A DNA stretch of 61,626 nucleotides, counting the filler, from Globobulimina sp. (Eukaryota), in assembly GCA_003354225.1 (NCBI GenBank). It is 24 parts of 24 records of this genome, joined end to end, with 100 filler letters (N's around TTAATTAATTAA, not from the genome) between each part and the next. Parts side by side here need not be neighbours in the genome. Positions count along the whole stretch, not along the records: positions 12,867 to 15,339 come from PIVH01006479.1; positions 15,440 to 17,912 come from PIVH01006480.1; positions 18,013 to 20,484 come from PIVH01006481.1; positions 20,585 to 23,056 come from PIVH01006482.1; 20 more parts are not named here. One strand, given 5' to 3'. The position numbers were made by a program, and so were the translations under genes. This document shows, piece after piece, positions 12,941 through 23,156 of this stretch. The notes beneath the pieces are model-generated. The model ran no database searches, had not been told where the DNA came from, and saw only the letters and a list, made by a program, of their open reading frames with translations. Position 1 is the first letter of the stretch. Each line of letters begins with the position of its first letter.

Positions 12941-14665
12941 TTATTCTTCATAACGAATCAAGTTATTATTTATGTCATCATCCTGATCCGAGTCAACATG
13001 TACACATTTCTCCAAAATACACGCCTCATTTCCACCCTCAAGCAACCATTTTAATTTAGGATTTTCAAATAAAGCGTCCTGATTCACAAAAAAATAGACA
13101 TTTTCCTTTCCATCGACACCATGGTCATAAACACTTCTTTTCCACAAATAATAACAACTATAAATCATGGATAAAATACCTATTTCATTATTGCCAAATA
13201 TATGATAAAAAGTACAATATTGCCGAATTTTAATATTTCTATATCGAAAGCACAATGCACCATTTTCCTGATTCATATCATTCGCATTTATTCCATAAAC
13301 GTTAATATCTCCACAATTAATAGAATCAAATAAATATGATTTGAAGTCTGTAATGCTCCGCACCCCGACATCCTTTTCGTATTTCCCATTCACAGTCTCA
13401 TCCTCCTCTTCGTCCGCAGTCTCTTCGTCAGACATATCATCTTCATATAAATCCGCCTCATCATCCATGAATTCATTCAAATTTATCTGATTCACTTCGT
13501 TATGGATCACTTCATATTCTCCTCCTAAAATATCCTCCTCTTCCTCTTCGATGTCCTGCTCAATATCTCCATCATTGTCCCGTTCCTCTTCCTCTTCCTC
13601 CTCTGTCTCCGCCAGGCCAGTATCCATTTTATTGATTCCTACGTCAAATACTTTCCAGTCAATGAAAATATCACTTTGTTTGTAATAATATAATAAAATA
13701 CAAATAATATTGTCAATATCGCGACATTTTAACTGCTCAAAATGCGATAAATATCCATTGTATATCGCAGCATTATTCTGTGTATATTCTGCATTGATTT
13801 TAGTTAATTTGTGCTCAAATGATGTAAGCTTTGCTGTGGTCAATGAATGATATATAAATCGGATATTTACGGACTGAAAACCAATTTTGTTGGCAAACAA
13901 TGTGGATATTCTGTTACATTTTGCTTGTTTATTATGTGTACATCTAAACCTATGAAGGGATGGATATTTTAACAATGATATGTCGATGCAACATTGCGTT
14001 AATATGCTTGCCATGTTATTATGTTTATGATTGGAATCTATTTTCAATGTCAATATAAAGGCAGTATATCCACCATCTATGATCGTAATAGCTACACTGG
14101 CAATTATTTTGGTTGTTTTTTGGCAAACACAGCCATAAAATAAACATTTCTCATCATGTAAATAGTTAAAAAACTGTGTATGACAAAGGTCTGTCTCGTC
14201 ACACATAGTGAATATATCATCATAATCACGCGATATTATCTCGCGAATCGAGTAAACTTTGTTAAATAAGTCCATCTCCACTTTTTTGTCTTTTTTTCTT
14301 TTTAATTTTAATGCTTGTTCGTCTTTTTCGTGGCTTAATTTGTCACTGTTAACGCCGTCTGGCAATACGGCTGGAGGCTCATTCTTTTGTTCTTTTATTT
14401 TTGTCTCAGTTTCATCCGTTTCTTCTTCTTCTTCTTCTTTTGCTTGCTGTGGTTGTGTGTATTGCTCAGTTTGTATTTTATTTGTTTTGATGGCAGTTTC
14501 AGTTTGGGACTCTTTTAATGCATTGTTATTATGTTTGTGATTTGCTTGTTTTTGTTGGTCAGACTTGGAAGAATTCATTTTTCTGTAGTAATAAAATGAA
14601 CACCCAACGACTACCAATAATGCAATGACTATGGGTAGCAGTGTTGACATGGTTCGTGAACGCAT
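12941..14665 (-). CDS. Membrane-anchored protein with GNAT-like acetyltransferase domain and acidic insert
   Basis: N-terminal TM; SIREI..DYDDI ... IIASVAITIIDGGYTAFILTLKIDSNHKHNNMASIL resembles a degenerate GNAT motif A; long E/D-rich tract. Confidence 0.55.
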   Translation of the reverse strand: MRSRTMSTLLPIVIALLVVVGCSFYYYRKMNSSKSDQQKQANHKHNNNALKESQTETAIKTNKIQTEQYTQPQQAKEEEEEETDETETKIKEQKNEPPAVLPDGVNSDKLSHEKDEQALKLKRKKDKKVEMDLFNKVYSIREIISRDYDDIFTMCDETDLCHTQFFNYLHDEKCLFYGCVCQKTTKIIASVAITIIDGGYTAFILTLKIDSNHKHNNMASILTQCCIDISLLKYPSLHRFRCTHNKQAKCNRISTLFANKIGFQSVNIRFIYHSLTTAKLTSFEHKLTKINAEYTQNNAAIYNGYLSHFEQLKCRDIDNIICILLYYYKQSDIFIDWKVFDVGINKMDTGLAETEEEEEEERDNDGDIEQDIEEEEEDILGGEYEVIHNEVNQINLNEFMDDEADLYEDDMSDEETADEEEDETVNGKYEKDVGVRSITDFKSYLFDSINCGDINVYGINANDMNQENGALCFRYRNIKIRQYCTFYHIFGNNEIGILSMIYSCYYLWKRSVYDHGVDGKENVYFFVNQDALFENPKLKWLLEGGNEACILEKCVHVDSDQDDDINNNLIRYEE

Positions 14666-14849
14666 TAAAAGGGTTTTTTAGAGAATTATAGTTAAAATTA
14701 AAACTATTTATATATGCGAGTAGGACGGGAGTAAAAGAGATTATAATTATGATTCCAATATTTTTTTCATTTTGTAATATTGTGAAAAGCAGTTTAAATT
14801 AATTAAAACAGTCAAGTACAACAATTATAAATCGATCGATCGATCGATA

Positions 14850-15339
14850 TCATTGCTTATGTTGGTTAGCAGCTTGATATCCCGCATAGTATCCATTCCA
14901 ATACCATGCTAGCAACATATTTGCCAATGCTTCATCTCTTGTGGCTGTGTTTGACATTGCAGGTGGTCCCATCATATTTAATCCCATATTAAACATTCCT
15001 GATCTGGCATAAGGTGGCATTGGCGGTGGCTGTGGCATTGGTGGTGGTTGTCGATAATAATATGAATGTGGTTGGGAATATCCGCTATATCCATATGTTG
15101 GTGGTGGTGGATAAGCATATTGTTGATATGGATATGATTGTGGTTGTGTAGCATTTTGCGGTTGTTTGTGCTCTCTAAGTTGTTGTTGTTGATATAATTG
15201 GGCCAAATTTTCCGTCTCTTGATAATTATCATCATTTTCATTTTCTTTTTCTTTTTTCCTTTTCTGTTTTCGTTTTATGTTTTTATTTGTGTTTGGTTTA
15301 TCGATTTGGCTTTGTTTTGGCCGCCATGACGAATATTTA
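14850..15339 (-). CDS. SMN: Survival motor neuron protein C-terminal part (proline-rich region plus YG box), 5' truncated
   Basis: Poly-Pro region followed by DEALANMLLAWYWNGYYAGY, matching the SMN YG-box pattern (L..ML.SWY.SGY.TGY). Confidence 0.85.
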
Positions 15340-15691
15340 NNNNNNNNNNNNNNNNNNNNNNNNNNNNNNNNNNNNNNNNNNNNTTAATTAATTAANNNNN
15401 NNNNNNNNNNNNNNNNNNNNNNNNNNNNNNNNNNNNNNNACCCCTGCATCATGGCTGGAGTCGAAGTGGGCCCGTCCCGCGATCGGGCTCTCGCAGTAGC
15501 TCTCGCAGGTGAAGAACTGGTTGCATCGGTCCAACTCAACGCACGGCTGCGATCAATGGCGAGTGATTCCCGCACGGTAGTTCTGAATGCCAAAGGAACT
15601 CGAACACAGGATGATGATCCTCAGAGAACCAAACCCCATTCCCTAAGGCTCCTCCAAACGGCGGGGCTTCTTGACCAAGAGGAAGAATGAA

Positions 15692-15927
15692 ATGCAATTG
15701 ACACCCAAAGACACACAAGGTACTCGTACTTTCCACTTCCCGCTCGAGCGGGATTCGGATACTCCTCCGGAGATGACCGTCATGATCGAGCTCATGGTCG
15801 AGCCTCGAGCCAATGTATGCCCTCAGTTTCGAGCAGGGGTCGCCTTCTGCTCGCCTGAGGATCAGTTTTCCAAGAAACTTGGGAGACAGATAGCCTTCGG
15901 GCGCATGGTGACCGACAGCTGCTTGGA
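15692..15927 (+). CDS. Small phage-like hypothetical protein (GC-rich fragment), truncated at a junction
   Basis: GC-rich segment 15440-~15927 with a purine-rich RBS-like sequence upstream; motif G.A.CSPEDQFSKKLGRQIAFGR resembles small phage proteins. Confidence 0.5.
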
Positions 15928-16772
15928 AGGAACGAAAGGCAAAGTGTATAAGTCAAGATCCTGCGCTTGAAAATTTTTTGCCATTCGACATAAGTGCCTG
16001 CCCTAAACTGCTTCCCCCAAATACCGAGCTAAGAATAACGCTCCATCATCAGCAAGATGCCTGGCGTTTGCAAACCGAAACTGCTGTCAATGCTCCATAC
16101 AAATTCAAAATCACCAATCCACGACTTGTTGTATGGCGTTATATGTTGAGTAAAGAAAAAATCGAAAATTTTCGTTCATGCTTCTCAATTGAAAGACCAT
16201 TGACATATCAATTTCCTGCTATGGAAGTTTACGGTCCCTACCCTATTGCACCAACTATGGCAACACTTACCCAAAGAATCAGATATGGAAAAAGACCTAT
16301 TTGCATTCATCTGTTTTTTGTGAATGCCGAAGCAGCGACCGGATTTTTCAATACAAATGCATTGTACCTACAAAATTTGTCTATAACCGAATCACAAGCT
16401 ACTTTTGGTTCAAGAACTGTACCAGAACAAGGATTGAAAACAAATTTCAATCCCATAACAAATAATGGAGTACTCGATATTTGTGATGCATACAGAACCT
16501 TTCTACGCAGCCTTGGTTTGTATGGTACTGGACAATCAAGTTTTATGACAGCAGACCATTTTGTCAATGGCTATACTTTCCTTACTTATAAATTTGCACC
16601 AAATTTTTATTCAACAAAATTTCGCCAACCTCAAATAGATTCCTTCGCTGACTTGACTGTTAGCCTTAAAATAGGTGCTCCTCCTACACAAACCATTCAT
16701 ATGTATTGTGCTGTTGTTGAAGACAGGTCATTGATTGTACGTCCTAATAGTACAGCTGAATTGAAAATATGA
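15928..16772 (+). CDS. Polinton-type major capsid protein (double jelly-roll), C-terminal part
   Basis: The frame is open upstream of 15978 (ERKAKCISQ..LPFDI...KLLPPNTELRITL). It shows FKITNPRLVVWR, GKRP..I.LFFV..A..G....N.L, P..G....F, AYRTFL..LG, F.NGYTF..YKFAP and LTVSLKI..P..TI.MY patterns typical of Maverick MCP; protease and ATPase follow. Confidence 0.75.
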
Positions 16773-17362
16773 TACGTGGTTATCAATTGTCTTATATCTG
16801 TAGTAATATTGATTCTAAAATAAAACCTTACTTTCGTGGCTTGTTCAATCCTGACACTACAAAAGATGCACTTGCAATGATTGATCCAAATAAACCTAAC
16901 TTTCTAATTTTCAATACAGACCCTAGTTACAAGGATGGTGCTCACTGGGTTTCGCTATTTGTTGACCTACAAAATAAAAGTTATTTCATCGATTCTTTCG
17001 CCCATCACCCAAACTATTACAATTTAGAAGATTTCTGCACCGAAGCGACAGGGAATGATTTTGAAGTATTGCCCACTGCGCTACAATCTCAATATACAAC
17101 AGTCTGTGGATTGTATACAATATTCTTTGGACATTACCTATGCGATGGTAAAGACTTGGTATCTATTTTGTCGATGTTACAACCAGAAAAAACTAAAGTT
17201 CTGAGAGATAAACATATATTTGAATGGTTTCAAAATCATTTTGGTTCTGAGGTTGAATTGGAAAATTCATTCATAGATTGTAAAAGGTTCGGAAAAGGAA
17301 CAGTGGAAGCACAGAAATGCAAACGTTATAAAGAAATGATTAGTGATCGTAAAGCTATGTAA
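16769..17362 (+). CDS. Adenain-like (clan CE) cysteine maturation protease
   Basis: NTDPSYKDGAHWV (catalytic His), FIDSF (Asp), LQS..TTVCGLY (oxyanion Gln and catalytic Cys). Confidence 0.92.
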   Translation: MIRGYQLSYICSNIDSKIKPYFRGLFNPDTTKDALAMIDPNKPNFLIFNTDPSYKDGAHWVSLFVDLQNKSYFIDSFAHHPNYYNLEDFCTEATGNDFEVLPTALQSQYTTVCGLYTIFFGHYLCDGKDLVSILSMLQPEKTKVLRDKHIFEWFQNHFGSEVELENSFIDCKRFGKGTVEAQKCKRYKEMISDRKAM

Positions 17363-17417
17363 AATGATAATATAAAATAAACATAATTTTGAATTTGTCT
17401 CAGTTGCACTTGTTACA

Positions 17418-17912
17418 ATGTATGAGAAGGTCGAAAAATTTTATCTCTCCTTTCCCAGTTCGGTTCTTGTAGTTGGACCGAGTTGTTCTGGAAAGACAAC
17501 ACTAGTTTCAAAAGCTTTGAAAAATTGGTCAACAAATGTTTGTCCATCAAAACCGAAACTAAAAAGAGTGATAATTTATTATGAAACTTGGCAAAAAATG
17601 TACAGAGATATTCGTGATGAAATTTTACCACATGAATGTGAAGTTTTCTTTTTCCAAGAAGCTCCAAATGAAAAGAACATGGCAGTACTTGGACCACTGG
17701 CAGAAGATGAAGCTCAAGTGGTTATTGTAGATGACTTGCAAACTAAACTTGGTCATAAAGACGGTTGCATAGAAAAACTATTTACAATCACCAGCCACCA
17801 TGCCTGCAATGGTGCTGGAGCTCAATGTTGGTTTGTAGCTCAAGATTTACAAGCTGGCGGAGATTCGATGAGAACTATAAGAAAAAATGCAACCTACATG
17901 TTGCTTATGCCA
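17418..17912 (+). CDS. FtsK/A32-like packaging ATPase, 3' truncated
   Basis: VLVVGPSCSGKTT (Walker A), IIYY..WQ..Y, VVIVDD (Walker B), LFT..SHH, Q, RTIRKNATY, the Maverick ATPase pattern. Confidence 0.92.
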
Positions 17913-18229
17913 NNNNNNNNNNNNNNNNNNNNNNNNNNNNNNNNNNNNNNNNNNNNTTAATTAATTAANNNNNNNNNNNNNNNNNNNNNNNNNNNNNNNN
18001 NNNNNNNNNNNNAAGAAAGACATCAGACTTATTTTGATCAGTTATTTGCAGCAACAAGGGTTCAAATTGTAGATGGATATCCGAGATCATTCGGTAATTT
18101 GTATAACAGCAGTTAAACCTATGTGACATAAGTCCATCAACAACCTGCACCGCGGATTTCCTATACTTCAAAAACGCCTTCCTCCACAATTTCGGCGTCT
18201 TCAATGGTGTATATTGATTGACAATTAAC

Positions 18230-18322
18230 TTTTTTGGCTTACAGTAGTTTCGCTGTTTCGTTTCGTTTCAAAGACTTCGTTTCAACTATTAGCAAAGTTT
18301 TTGGGTTAGCTAAAGTGGTTTT
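18230..18322 (+). repeat. Interspersed repeat family A, copy 1
   Basis: TTTTTGGCTT..GTTTCGTTTCGTTTC..TTTCAACTATTAGCAAAGTTTTTGGGTTAGCTAAAGTGGTTTT matches the reverse complement of 42630-42700. Confidence 0.85.
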
Positions 18323-18343
18323 AATTAAATATATCCTATTATA

Positions 18344-19741
18344 ATGGAGGAAAGAGAACAATTCACACATCAACGACTACCATCAAGTAGTATCGTAGAA
18401 CCTTCTTTGGATTCTGCTGCGTCTCGATTTAACCCATTAAACAATAATCATGATCAAGAGCAAAAAGTGAAAAGGAATTTAATTATCATTGGCATATTTG
18501 CAGTAATCATCATAATCGTTGTAGTTATACTAATGTTTACTATTGAATTTGACAAAAATGATGGTTCTGATGAAGATGACAGTTATCCGTGGTATGATTA
18601 TTATGATGGTGATAGCATTCAAATCACGGAAGTTGGACAAGTTAATGAAATATGTGGCGATCATATGGCAGGACTTTTCAATGCAGCAAATTGTACAGAA
18701 TATTGCACATGTAATTACAATGCCATATATGCGTATCATCTGCCAAATAGCCGACAATGTTATTGCCAAACGTACACTCAATATTACTATAAACAAATAA
18801 ATACAAGTTTGCCTGGTTTCTGCTTCAATGTTTCAAACAACACTGTAGTCACTATGTATGAAGTTTATTTTATTACAGTTGGTCGACCGTATAACATTGA
18901 TAATCATATTATGGATTTAAAGGCTATGGTTCAGCGGATCAATTGCAATGATTATGAATTTTATTTGCATGATGATGACGAATGGATGCAGTTTGTGAGA
19001 AATAATACAGATAACATTAGTATTACTGCTGTGAATAATTGGCTGAATAAAGCGTTTTCAGAACATGCGTCCATAGCGACGTTTGCGAAATTTGCTTTGG
19101 ATTTAATGAGCTTAGCTGCACCATTATGGTTCGTGGAAATGGCAAATCAAGCATCGTTGGATGAGATTGTGCATACAAAGATATCGTTTGATATTTTGAA
19201 TATGTATTTGAAGAATAATAATAAGTATGATAGCGATTGTGTGGTTTATAAAGAATTTGCATCTCATAGTATTGCTGTGGATGGTGACTGGAACAGAATT
19301 AGTTTGGATACAGTGATCGGTGGTTGTTTTGGTGAAACAATGTCAGCATTCACATATATCAATAAACAGGAACGTGATTATATGGATGGAAATGTGATGA
19401 ATGTATATTTGGATAAGATTGTGATGGATGAGCTGGAACATTCTGCATTTGCCTGGGTCACTGTTAAATGGATTATTGATCAGCAAAATGATGTGGATGT
19501 CGCAAATAGGGAATGGTGGAACAGTCAATTATCGAAAAGAAATACTGCTTCAAAAGATGATAGAGAGAAATATGTATATCAGCGAGTAATTCCGTCTGTT
19601 ATGGATCTAATATGGGATCAAAATATATATAATGAATTGATTAAAGTGAAAGATTATAAAGCATTGTTTGTCAGAATTAATGGTATGATGCAAACACATT
19701 TAAATACAGTAATGAGTGATAGTACATATTGTCCATTGTAG
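18344..19741 (+). CDS. Type II membrane protein with Cys-rich linker and ferritin-like domain (myxobacterial type)
   Basis: Single TM, Cys-rich segment, GRP motif, W...A.SEHASIATFAKF..DL..L.AP......A..DEIVH, GC.GET.SA, I..DELEH..FAW..V.W. Confidence 0.75.
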   Translation: MEEREQFTHQRLPSSSIVEPSLDSAASRFNPLNNNHDQEQKVKRNLIIIGIFAVIIIIVVVILMFTIEFDKNDGSDEDDSYPWYDYYDGDSIQITEVGQVNEICGDHMAGLFNAANCTEYCTCNYNAIYAYHLPNSRQCYCQTYTQYYYKQINTSLPGFCFNVSNNTVVTMYEVYFITVGRPYNIDNHIMDLKAMVQRINCNDYEFYLHDDDEWMQFVRNNTDNISITAVNNWLNKAFSEHASIATFAKFALDLMSLAAPLWFVEMANQASLDEIVHTKISFDILNMYLKNNNKYDSDCVVYKEFASHSIAVDGDWNRISLDTVIGGCFGETMSAFTYINKQERDYMDGNVMNVYLDKIVMDELEHSAFAWVTVKWIIDQQNDVDVANREWWNSQLSKRNTASKDDREKYVYQRVIPSVMDLIWDQNIYNELIKVKDYKALFVRINGMMQTHLNTVMSDSTYCPL

Positions 19742-19923
19742 GGTTTACTTTTTGCCGTATTTCTTAGAGTTTTGAACCATGTTCTTGTTGCATGTGTATT
19801 TTCAATCACCTCTAAACTCCGAAGATTAATGGCATATACAAACTCGATCCGTTTTCAAAAAAAATGCATATGTTCAAACTCACAAAAATTAATTTTAAAT
19901 ATCCCATAAGCTGTACATGCAAT

Positions 19924-20484
19924 TTATGAACGCAACTGACTCAATGCATGATCAATGATAGGATGAATTTGTTCAAACGCATTATTTTGGTCCAATACTT
20001 TATGCGCAATGCCAATGCATTCAATATATCGACCAAGTTTTAACAACGATCGAGCCAAAGCATAACCTAACAATTCATTCTTTTCATTATTTAATTTCCA
20101 GGCAGTTCCATAATGTTTACAAGCTTGAACAGTGTTATTTTGTTTTTCCGTCGCAATGCCACAGATTTCCCACGCTTTACTACACGAACCGTCATTCTTC
20201 AACAAATCTAAACACATTTTCTGTATTTGCTGGAGCTGTTCTTGCGTATTAATATTGTTATTCTCATTATTATTAATAATTTCATTTAATTTTAGTTGTG
20301 ATAATATTAATAATAATTGTTGATACTCATCGAAATGTAAATGTTGTTGTTGAATACATTGATTTTCGGAAATAAATTCATTTAAAAATTGAATTGCTTT
20401 CTTTGGTAAATTTTTTAAATATAATGAACATCCAAATGCTAAATGGGATAAGATGTGTTTTGGGTGTTTTTTGCAAATCGCATT
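19924..20484 (-). CDS. TPR protein, IFT139/TTC21-like C-terminus, 5' truncated
   Basis: SCSKAWE..G...EK......A..Y..AW.......GY.LA...LK..RY...I.I.H.VL.......I..II..A...LR; the frame is open to the contig end. Confidence 0.8.
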   Translation of the reverse strand, partial: NAICKKHPKHILSHLAFGCSLYLKNLPKKAIQFLNEFISENQCIQQQHLHFDEYQQLLLILSQLKLNEIINNNENNNINTQEQLQQIQKMCLDLLKNDGSCSKAWEICGIATEKQNNTVQACKHYGTAWKLNNEKNELLGYALARSLLKLGRYIECIGIAHKVLDQNNAFEQIHPIIDHALSQLRS

Positions 20485-20584
20485 NNNNNNNNNNNNNNNN
20501 NNNNNNNNNNNNNNNNNNNNNNNNNNNNTTAATTAATTAANNNNNNNNNNNNNNNNNNNNNNNNNNNNNNNNNNNNNNNNNNNN

Positions 20585-20996
20585 GGTTTCTATACAAATG
20601 TTTGTTCATTAAATAAACATGCATCCATTCTTGATCTGGGTCTAGTTTATGTCCTTTTTGGCAACCAGAAGTGCATTTGCCAGCGTTAGCACACCTAGAA
20701 AGATCTATTACCATAACAAATTTTCTTCCTGGTATCCCTTTTCGTGCTTCTTCACCTACTGCAGGCTCGCATGGGGTGATTGGACAAAGTTTAGATTTCT
20801 CCACTTCCACAATTTCACCATTTGTTGTAAGGAGTTTAACTTTTTCAGTGCTCTCTTCATTTGTCACTTCTTGTGCCTTTGATGTTGAACAAGAAGATAA
20901 TACTCCACTACCAATAACTGTACTGGCGCCAATTGCAAATCCAGACTTTAGGAATTTCCTACGTGAGCTTTCCTTATTCTTTTCGTCCTTTGTCAT
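20585..20996 (-). CDS. Bacterial Tat-exported 4Fe-4S protein (NrfC/DsrO-like molybdopterin oxidoreductase Fe-S subunit), N-terminal fragment
   Basis: Tat motif SRRKFLK, then GIPGRKFVMVIDLSRCANAGKCTSGC. Confidence 0.85.
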
Positions 20997-21306
20997 AAGA
21001 ATTTTGATACCGACGCAATACATTTATTGGTGGTTTGTATTTTTTTTTGTCGTTGTATAATGCTGGAATTGTTTAATTATTTGAAACAACTCTAGATCTG
21101 TTTTTTGAACGATCATAAAACAAAATAGTGCAAATACAAAACAACGAACAAATCAATACGTTTAATTATGTCCAAGCTGTTTTAAATCTAACCATTTTTT
21201 GAGAGTTGTAGATGCTTTTAATATATGCAGTGAATAACAAAGAGATGGTATTATATTATAAAAATTAGAAACAAGTCAAACAACAAAGTTATGCGATGGA
21301 AACAAG

Positions 21307-22712
21307 TCAAAAAGTTAAGTCGCCGCCACTATTATTATTATTATTTAAATACAATGAATTTGATGTACTTCTTTTTCTGCTGTCTCCCCTTCCAATTTTC
21401 TGTTGTCTTTGCATTGATGCGTTATTCTGATGATTATTATTCAGATTCTGATGATTTGTGGTTAATGCTCCACTGACACCCGACATAAATGAGTAGGGAC
21501 TTTCTACGGATCCAAACATGCCAACACCACCAACATCAGCCGTATGCATCATATTTGTATTTAAAAAATGCGATCTTTCCCTTTGATTCTGAGCTACTTT
21601 TTTCTTCTTTGGTATATTTGGCATCTTTACGCAACAAATCAAAAACAAAAAAATCAAAAAAAAAAGGCATTTTAACTTGTTGTGAAGAATGTTGCCGTAT
21701 TTGCATTTGTCTTTGTTGTGGCGCCATTTGCTGCGATTTATTATATGGATGAAATCGAGTGACATGCAATGGATTTGTATGTACAGATTGTCGTTGATGT
21801 CGATCATAATTATTGTTATTTTGAGCGATGACAGTTTCAGGAATTGTTTGTTCCGTCAAATTGATGGTCGAATGCCTCCTTTTCTGTCGTTTATGTGATG
21901 GTGAATGGGAAAATGTGTTTGATTTATTGGACCGTGTCGGAGATTGAATGTTATTGCTTGAAAATGAATGATTTGAGTCTGAATAAAGGGAAGAATTCAA
22001 TGTTCCCAATCCATTATTATTATGTTCCCGATGTTTTCGTTTAGATTTTTTCTTTAATAAATCTGTATATTTTGTGCTCAGATTATTAAATTGCCGGCTT
22101 TTTGCACTCAAATCAGCTTCAACTTTTTTTGTATTTTTCTGTAATTTTATGTACGCTTTTTTGAGTTTAATGGCAGTGATTTTCACTTGTTTGTGTTTTT
22201 GAGATAAATTATTTATTTCATTTTGATGCTTTAATTCTTGTGATTGAGATTTGGCGCGTTCTTTTTTGAAATTTTGGTTTGATTTTGCTGCGTAATTTTT
22301 GTATCGTAAACATATTAAATTTTGTTGTTTGATCCAACATTTTATCGCTTTATTCGCGATTTTAAATATTGTCTCCGGATTAAATCCAACCAAAATAGTT
22401 ATCCATTCCAGCGATGCATCCGTTGCTATGTATGGATTGGCTCGCAATTCGCGTATGTTATAGGCGTGCTTTTTTCTGCAGACTCTGCCTGTTTCGGTTT
22501 GTAATATGATATTGTTTTCTTTTTGAATTGGAATCAAATTATAATTAATATATTTATATATTTTAACATGGAATGACTCCGTATGATTTGAATTTGTTTA
22601 CGCATTGACTGCAGAACAGATGCATTTCGCCGCCGCATTCTGGACTGAAATATAATTTGTGTGCCGGCTTAAACGAAGTCCAACAATTATTGCATAAAAG
22701 GCCTTGGTTCAT
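21307..22712 (-). CDS. HEI10: HEI10/CCNB1IP1-like meiotic RING E3 ligase; introns 22489-22567 and about 21619-21676
   Basis: An exon missed by the track encodes MNQGLLCNNCW..C....HLFCSQC..P. The splice gives CRVC, then EWITILVGFNPETIFKIANKAIKCWIKQ, a coiled coil and a disordered tail. Confidence 0.75.
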
Positions 22713-22798
22713 TTAATTGAGATTACCCATAAAGAAGGAAAGGATGTTAGTGACTTAGTGTAGCAAAGAGGTTTTCAGCTTGCATCTAATATAATATA

Positions 22799-23056
22799 AT
22801 GTCTCAACATCATGCGGCTACAAACGAAGGTGTTGGGGAAGAGGATGCGATGAATGCGTGGATCACAAAAAACAAGTTAGATGATGCCGCACAAAGGTTA
22901 AAAACGAAAAAAATAACATTAAATGAATTGGAAGAATTATCGCAATCATTTGAAGAAAGCGACTTGAGACAATATGCAAAGACTGAATTGAAATTAGATT
23001 TGATGTCATCAGTACGCTTTGCCAAAGCGGTCAAATCTTTGGCATCTGAGTCAACA
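22799..23056 (+). CDS. SAM-like domain protein, 3' truncated
   Basis: AW...NKL......L....I.L.EL..L.....L......LKL......RF.KAV helical pattern. Confidence 0.5.
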
Positions 23057-23156
23057 NNNNNNNNNNNNNNNNNNNNNNNNNNNNNNNNNNNNNNNNNNNN
23101 TTAATTAATTAANNNNNNNNNNNNNNNNNNNNNNNNNNNNNNNNNNNNNNNNNNNN

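Larger units (their letters stand above)
15928..17912 (+). mobile_element. Polinton/Maverick-like virus (adintovirus-like) morphogenesis module fragment
   Basis: Three co-oriented, intron-less, tightly packed genes (capsid-like, cysteine protease, packaging ATPase); the first two overlap via ATGA. Confidence 0.85.

Noticed and set aside
15440-15970. GC-rich phage-like ORFs as part of the Polinton
   Set aside because: Abrupt composition change near 15928 with genes truncated on both sides; better explained as a chimeric junction.
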